A stretch of DNA of 64,000 bases from Octopus vulgaris (Eukaryota), in NCBI GenBank assembly GCA_951406725.2, contig OX597833.1, positions 28,272,001 through 28,336,000 on the forward strand, written 5' to 3'. Below, in pieces: positions 56,472 to 64,000 of this stretch; position 1 is the stretch's first letter, and every line of letters starts with the position of its first letter. Both the position numbers and the translations under genes were made by a program. The notes below the pieces were generated by a model, which ran no database searches, was not told where the DNA came from, and saw nothing but the letters and a program-made list of their open reading frames with translations.

Positions 56472-58632
56472 AGTTTCACTTGGTGTAAGAAGCTCTTAAC
56501 CTTGGAAGTCAGGATGGTCCATGTTGTGTGGGATTTTTTGATTGGCTCTAAGTGACAATCCTGCTTTAAAGACATCATAAAATTTTGGGTATTTTCCTAA
56601 TGCCAATTTTTTATTTACTAAAAGATTAATAAATAAACTATCAAACAATCAACTGATTCCTCACCAGTTCCCTTCTCCATAACATAGTGATAGCTTTTCC
56701 ACTGATCAGCTATTACACCCATCTCACAAATATAATAGTTTATTAACTAATCTTCCAGTAACAAAAAATTGGCTGTCAATGAATTCTGTATACTCTATAC
56801 ACTTTTAGAGCAAATACAATGAACTATATTAATACAACATTACATTCATATCTGCCATTTGCATCATGCCAATAGAAGAAACTCAAAACAGCAAAAAGGA
56901 AACGATAATTTCAAATTTTGGCACAAGGCCAGCAAGTTTTGGGGAAAGAAATGAATCAATTACATTGACTCCAGTGCTCTACTGGTACTTATTTTATCGA
57001 CCCTGAAAGGATGAAAGGCAAAGTCGACTTTGATGAAATTTGAACTCAGAACATAAAGACGGATGAAATGCTGATAAACATTCTTTCCAGTATGCTAACA
57101 ATTCTGCCAGCTTGCTGCCTTTAAAAAAAAAATGTAATAATTAATATCAGATCTCCATCCTTACTGCAGTATTGGTTTCAAATTTCAGCACAAGGCCAGC
57201 AATTTTGGGGTAGGGGTCAAGTTGATTACATCAACCCCAATCTTCAACTGGTACTATACTTCATTGGGAAAGGGAAAGTGGTCCTCAATGGGGTTTGAAT
57301 TCAGAAGGTAGAGTGAAATGCCACTAAGCATTTTGACATGCCAGCTTGCTGCCCTCATCCTTACTGCACTATCACTTCTCTATCCACATACTACCCCCAC
57401 TACCACAAAACCATACCACTTCAAACATTGCCAACACAGGAGTGTCAAATTTCCTTTTTAGTTTCTTTTGTTATTTTAGGAATTTGGACAGTGAACTTTT
57501 GACCTTCCTCAACATTTGTAGAGAGTTCACAAATTTAGATAAATGACTGCTGCTAACTCAGACTATCTGTAGTTTCCTTGGACCTTGGTTATATATATAT
57601 TTTTTTTCTGTAGTTTCAGCTCAGAGCTTCAGCCATGCTGATGCACTGCCATTAACCACAGCTGGACAGCCTGGTCACTCAACAATGCTATTGTCCCTGT
57701 GTGTATGTATGCATGAGTGTAAAGCTCCATGATATATTCTAACCCAGTGGTTCTCAATGGAGGCAGATGGGGTGGGGGGCATATAAGGCTTGGTTGTTAA
57801 AATTTATCTGCAATACATTGGTTATGCTTGTACAATACACAAAATAGTTCAACCATAGTAATATTCAATTATAAAAATATGATAGGATTTTGGCAACCTC
57901 ACTAGTGTTAATGTCATGAAAAATTACCAGCAAACATTTGCTGGTAATTTTATATGTATACATCTGAGTGTTGCCAAAGTTTTGTGACACACGTTACCTG
58001 TAGTAATCAGGTTGAGCCTGTATTTATATATTTATCCTTTACTTCCTCCTCCTCTTCATCATCATCATCACCATTTAATGTCTCTTTTCCCTGCTGGCAT
58101 ACAGTGGACTGTTTGACAGGATCCAATAAGCTGCAGAGCTATGTCAGGCCCCAGTGTCAGCTTTTTAGACTTTGAGAAAATAAAAAAATTGAGATTTTTT
58201 TTTTCAAATTTCTCCCAGGGAAAAAAAAATGAAACTCAATATAAAGAAGGAAATAAATTGATTGGATAAGTTGTTATGATTTACAAGTTTGACTTCCTTT
58301 TATTTGTACATGACCTTTATAGCAGCTGATTTCATTTTCAACATCTGACTTGTTCTCTTTACCTTCACATCTGCAGTTAGTCATCATCATCATTATCATC
58401 ATCATTTAACATCCATGTTTCCATGCTTGCACGAGTCAGATGGATTTGTTGAGGCAGATTTTTATACAACTGGTTACCTTTCCTTTTTTCCTTGTTTCCA
58501 AGTAAGGTAATATTTTCGTATGGCAGGACATGTTTTCACAAAAAACTGGAAACAAAGGACATCACTTGTATAACAGTGACACTCATTTAAAACTATTACA
58601 AAGAGACAGTAACACAAGCGCGCGCGCACACA

Positions 58633-58725
<93 letters not shown>

Positions 58726-60039
58726 CAGACTTCTTTCACCAAGGTACCATCTAAATTTCATGTTCAAAAATCAAAATATAACATCAGTTTCTGGAATTGA
58801 GAATTCTTTTGTTTAAGTCTCAGCTTTTTTTTTTCCATCTTTGCAATTTTCATCATCATAAGTACATCGCTGCGACAAATTATGACCAGTAAATTTATAG
58901 TCATTAGTGCCTTGTGTATATTCTGACATCCTACACTCTGAATTCAAATCTTGCTGATATTGTCTTTCTCTTTTATCCTTCCTGAGTCAATAAATAAAAT
59001 CCTGGTGTAAGGTGGTAAACTGGCAGAATCATTACAGTGTCACATGAAGTGCCTTGTGGTATTTGTTCTTACTTTTTGCACTCTAAGTTCAAATCCTACC
59101 AAGGTGGACTTGGGTGATAGAGTCAATACTTCACTCTGTTTAACACCACCACCTGTCTTTGAATGCCTTTAGTAAGAGCCCACTCTGTTGCAGCATTCAG
59201 ACCAGATCTCCAGTTCAAGGATACAATCTTCATCTCATTCCCCCACTCTCAGAGGCCATTTAAAGGCTCAGGAATACTGCCTTTCCTTCTTGATTAAGCA
59301 ATAAAGAATAATTTAAAAGGACTTCATTTTCGAGTCAAGCAAATTTTCCAAGATTACCTTAGTCTCCTAGACATTCTCAAATGTAAGTATTGTTGAGTAG
59401 TTTTTGTTATGGTCCTTGTAACAACAGGTAGTGATTTATATTTCTTCACTAAATATATTTTATTAAAAATTCTTTTCCATACAACACCATTTTATCAACA
59501 TTTATGATTTGTTTATTGACATGATCACCACCTTTATTAACCCTTGAGCATTCAGATTAATTTATCAAATGTAATGCTTATTTATCCACATTTTAAAAAA
59601 TTATGTGTTATCTCAAAGCCTTGAGATTTTGATGATGTGATTCTTTATTTTTAGAATAACATTGTAGGGTATGTTGAAGAGGTTGGATATGGCCTGTTTA
59701 AATGCTGAAAGGTTAATAATTTTTCAACTAGGTGAACTATCTAGCTGCTGTACTATCATCCTCACTTGCTCTCTCCTTTCCAACAATGTTATGGATTCCA
59801 AATCAATTTGTAAACTTAAGCCTGTTTTATTGTTAATTCAAGGGAGTAAAATTTGCTGAAAATGCAGTCATGTTGAATAGTCTTCATCATGTGACCATCA
59901 GGTTCAGTTACATGGCATCATCATGCAAAATATGCATAACTTTACTTTTATAAAACAATGATACTACATCTCCCTATATTGCTTAGGAGAAATTCTTTTG
60001 CCCTTTATTTTGTGCAACATTATTAAGAACCATGTCATT

Positions 60040-61365
60040 GGTGCCAACATGTTGCGATAGAAAACAATCTTCAGCCACGCCAAGAAGGGCCTGACCGAAC
60101 CGGGAAGATGATGTACAAGTTGATGAGGGCCAGTCGATCGTGGGAGCGTTGAAGTCTCCTAATATCAAACATTCATGAGAAGATGAAACGAATCTTATCG
60201 CTTCGAGTAAATGAGCATTGTCCTGGGGGTCGGCAAGAAGTGGCCTGTAGACAGCTAACATGGGCAGGCAAAACCTGGATAGGCTCAGCTTGCAATAGAC
60301 GGCATCGAATTTTGTTGTAGGTTGAGCATTAGTGGGTAGAATACAGCTGGATGGTTTGAGATCAGATTTGACATACACAGCAACATACATACATACACAA
60401 TAGTGTCTGCTTAGAGGAAAGTGACTCTGGTAGAAGCCAATGCGAGCAGTGGCGTGCCTCAAGGTTCAGTGCTTGGGCTGTTATTGTTTTTAGTTTTCAT
60501 CAATGACTTGCCCGACGACCTCACGCAACACACCCCTCTATTTGCCGATGATGTCACACTGGTCGCTCTTCGCAGTGAAATAGATGATCTTCGTCGATGC
60601 CTCCACCAAGTTTGGAGATGGTCAAATGAATGGGACCTGTGTCTGAACGTGTCAAAGTGCTGTCATCTGCCTGTTGGCTCCTCTCCTGCAACTCAACTTG
60701 ATTTCGAGCCGGTGCGTCTGCTGCTGGAGAAGACCGACCAAGTAAAGGACCTGGGTATCTTGGTGGATTCTTCCTTTTCGCCTTGTTTCGATGGTCATTC
60801 GGAATGCTCACAGCAGCTATATTCCTACCGCTGTATGTCACGCTGGTGAGACCCATATTGAAGTACAGGATTCAAGCCACTTCTCCTTATCTCCTCAAAG
60901 ACGTACATCATCTCGAAATAGTCCAGAAGCTGGCTACCCGCATGGTCCTTGGTCTCAAGCATTTGTCTTATGAAGACAGGCTGAAGACGCTCGACCTTTA
61001 TTTTCTCGAAAAACGGCGCCGCCGTGGTGATCTCATTCTCGCTCACAACATCATAAGTGGAAAGTGTAACCTCTCGAAAGAGCTGTTCTTCATTCCTGCT
61101 CCAGAGTGTGGGCTGCAGGGTCACTCCGAAAAGCTCTATCTACAACGATTTCATCTCAATTGAAGGAGAGGGGCTTTCTCTGTCCGGGTTGCAGATCCGT
61201 GGAATAAGCTGCTGGACGAGATAGTGAAGATGCCGACGACCGCTCGGTTCAAAGTCTCTCTTGACCAGAAATGGCCTGAACTCTTTGTATGACCACCCTC
61301 CCTGTACATAACTCCCTCTCCCCCTACATGACCTTGCTTTTGCTTTTTGAGCCAATAAAAAATGA
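60040..61365 (+). mobile_element. CR1-type LINE: RT 3' part (+) preceded by an inverted AP-endonuclease fragment (-)
   Basis: The + strand at 60420-61290 has SGVPQGSVLG, LFADD, KDLGILVD and SYEDRLKTL, with AATAAA near 61354. The - strand at 60040-60385 has VAVYVK, AVYRP and LILGDFNAPTIDW. Confidence 0.85.
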
Positions 61366-61369
61366 ATTG

Positions 61370-61418
<49 letters not shown>

Positions 61419-62158
61419 TATAGACACATACACAAATGTGTTCGTGTGTGTATATATACATACATGTATACACACACACACATAAATGTTATGTAGGCAT
61501 ACAAAATGAATGAACACAGCTACACCAATGTTGTAGTACCAAAGCATCCTCTGTTTTTGAATGTTCATATATGGTAACCCTAATTTATTTTTATCTGCAA
61601 TAAATTATAAAAATATAAATTTTAATGTAAAAATGTTTCATACAACACTCAATCCTATGAATTTTCATTAATCTTCCTAATTTTCAGTTTGTTATTTCAA
61701 GGTGAGCAGTAGTTTAGACTTAGCTATCTCTCATATCCAGTTGGTTTGGTTGTTTTGAAATATGATTCCTTGTTGACATCTACTCTTTTAATACCTCTCT
61801 ACTTTCTCTGTCTCACTAGCTTCCTACTTTTCAGACTGACTGAAGCAGCAAACCAGATAGGTGATACATAACATGGCCTTTTAAATATATATCACCTTTA
61901 TATATAATTGTTTGGATTTGTATCTCAAAATATATAAATTCTATAAATAATAGCTTGTAAATATTGAGTTGAAAAACCCTTTTAAATAGAAAAAAGGTCT
62001 CATGAGCAGTCTTCATTTTTTTTTGTGTCCAAAAGGGCTTTTCAACTCAATATTTATTTACATGCTATTATTAATAGCATTTACGTGCTTCAAGATCCAA
62101 TTCCCAAAAAGAATTATTTCATGTTGGAAAGTTTATCATATATATATATATGTTGGAA

Positions 62159-62202
<44 letters not shown>

Positions 62203-64000
62203 TGTTTAAATATAGATCAATATATGGCTTTGGATCTGAATTCTGTCAGCCATTCCTTCTGATTGAAGATTTTTGAAGATAAGTGAAAAATATACCAAGG
62301 AAAATATGGATATATGCCTACCTTAAAATAAACCTCACCATTTTCTTTCCATGTGAGCATAGAAGATAAGTGTTATATGATGCTGATGATGATATGTGTG
62401 TATGTGTATACATACATAAATGTCAATAATATATCTATCTATTCTTAATACATTCTAGTGATTCAAATTTGAATATCTAATCACTGTTGTATTACCCTTG
62501 TACATTTAGTAAAAAATGGCCTCTGGTGTGTAATTGTTTGTAACTTCTTTAATAAATAAACTTAAAGCCACAACAGCACTGTTATAGTCTTTAACAGATT
62601 AGGTTGTTAAAAAGTAGCTTAATGTTTCACATTGGTCATTTGTGTGTTTATAATCAATATAAGAAATATATATTATAATCTACAAATAGAAAAGTTGAGC
62701 TCAACGGTATTCTTAAATTGGTGAGTTGGAGTTGGTCAAAGATTTGTGTATTAACTCTGTACTTTGTTTTTAAATATTTCTCTTGATCCACTAACATTTT
62801 TTTGTAATGGTAGCTCTTTGTTTAATGCTTTAGAACTCAGGTTAGTCTGTCAACTGTAATGTTTATTAATGCACATCATTTAAAATTAATCATGCATTTT
62901 CTTGTGGCTTCAAGATTTTGGTGTGATCGTTTGCTTTTAGAACGATATTGTAGGGCAGGTGTAAGAGGCCAGATCTGGCAGGCTTGAAAAGGAAACAGAT
63001 TGGCCACATATGACCATTTTAAATACAAAAGAGTTAATATCCCTGTCTTTTATATATTTATATAAAATGTAAGTTAGTAAATTCAGAACTCTATAGTTTG
63101 GGCCAATCAAACCTCTTCAAATCACTTAATTTCCTATATATTATGATATTGAATTTATAGTTTATTATTGAGACAGTTAATGTATTTACAACAATAATGT
63201 CATCTCTGGCAGAGTTCAATTGTTTTTTTAAGCAGACTTTTATAATTTTCTCTTTTATGTTTTTTCTTTACATCTTATCTCTTTTACACTTTCCTACTTT
63301 TATGTGTGGTTCCATTCTAATTCTTTAATTTCAGTGTCTAAATCTAACTTAATGCTTTGAGTTTCAATTAATTTACCTCTTCTTAGAATAGCTTTAGTAG
63401 ATTTTTTTCTTTATAATCCCATACCCATTTTGGTATCATTGCTGAATACATGAGTGATATCACTGCTGAACCCATTTGTATTATCACTGTTATCATTTCA
63501 TTTTAAATCTTCTCTCTCTTATGCCTCATCCTCTCAAAGGTAACTAGGCAATGCTTAATACCTTTGACATATGTGAGATAAGATAGATATAAACATTACA
63601 TACCTTCCTGATACTCTAAAACATCAACTGCTTCCATCTGAGGTAATTACTGTAGATGGGGTGGCAGTGTTAGTGGTGGTTGTGGTTATGTATATATATG
63701 AAGATAACTGAAGTTGTTACACGTAAACTTTATATCTTTGTCCCACTACACCCTCCCTAGTTTAAGATATTCTCTAATGTAATACTTGTGTGTGTGTGTG
63801 TGTGATGGCAGTGCTAAGGTTTAATGTATGTGCGTAGGTGAGGTTTTCTATGTTGTTCAGTCACAGCTCATACTTGTGACCGAAGACATTCACCTATGAC
63901 CATCCTTACTTTCCTTATATATATATTAAACTATGTTCAATATCCAGCCTTCCAAGACAGTTTAGTGTGTTTTGAAAGCTGTTTGGCTGCTATTTCTTGC

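Noticed and set aside
57470-57546. Candidate kinesin exon 3 after a strong polypyrimidine-AG
   Set aside because: The phase-0 reading hits a stop quickly, and there is no FxFD motif or suitable donor.

Overview
AT-rich animal genomic DNA, most likely a coleoid cephalopod (Octopus-like; inferred from its SINE families and very long (TA)n/(TG)n arrays). The only host gene I can support is a kinesin-3 of the KIF16B/STARD9 type on the + strand. Its first two coding exons (4812-4858 and 16795-16864) splice in frame to give MSNIKVAVRVRPLTKRELELGSHDIVEISGDTINVTNTK, and the ORF track does not call them as a gene. The remainder appears intronic or intergenic and is filled with SINEs, RTE and CR1-type LINE fragments, Helitrons, Tc1/mariner and piggyBac-type remnants, and microsatellites; all IYIY/CVCV/HTHT ORFs are artefacts. 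The main feature is a young Penelope-like element (PLE) at 39493-44003 (-), with an inverted partial copy at 44104-46187 (+) across a 100-N gap. It has an extra 431-aa coiled-coil ORF1 that overlaps the RT/GIY-YIG ORF in the -1 frame at an in-frame U_UUU_UUA slippery heptamer. Its pseudo-LTR carries a variant minimal hammerhead ribozyme and a duplicated E-box/CCAAT/E2F promoter-like module. The window also holds three more hammerhead-like relics, two of them in foldback elements, and a SINE-like family built from tandem hairpin-hairpin-pseudoknot modules.
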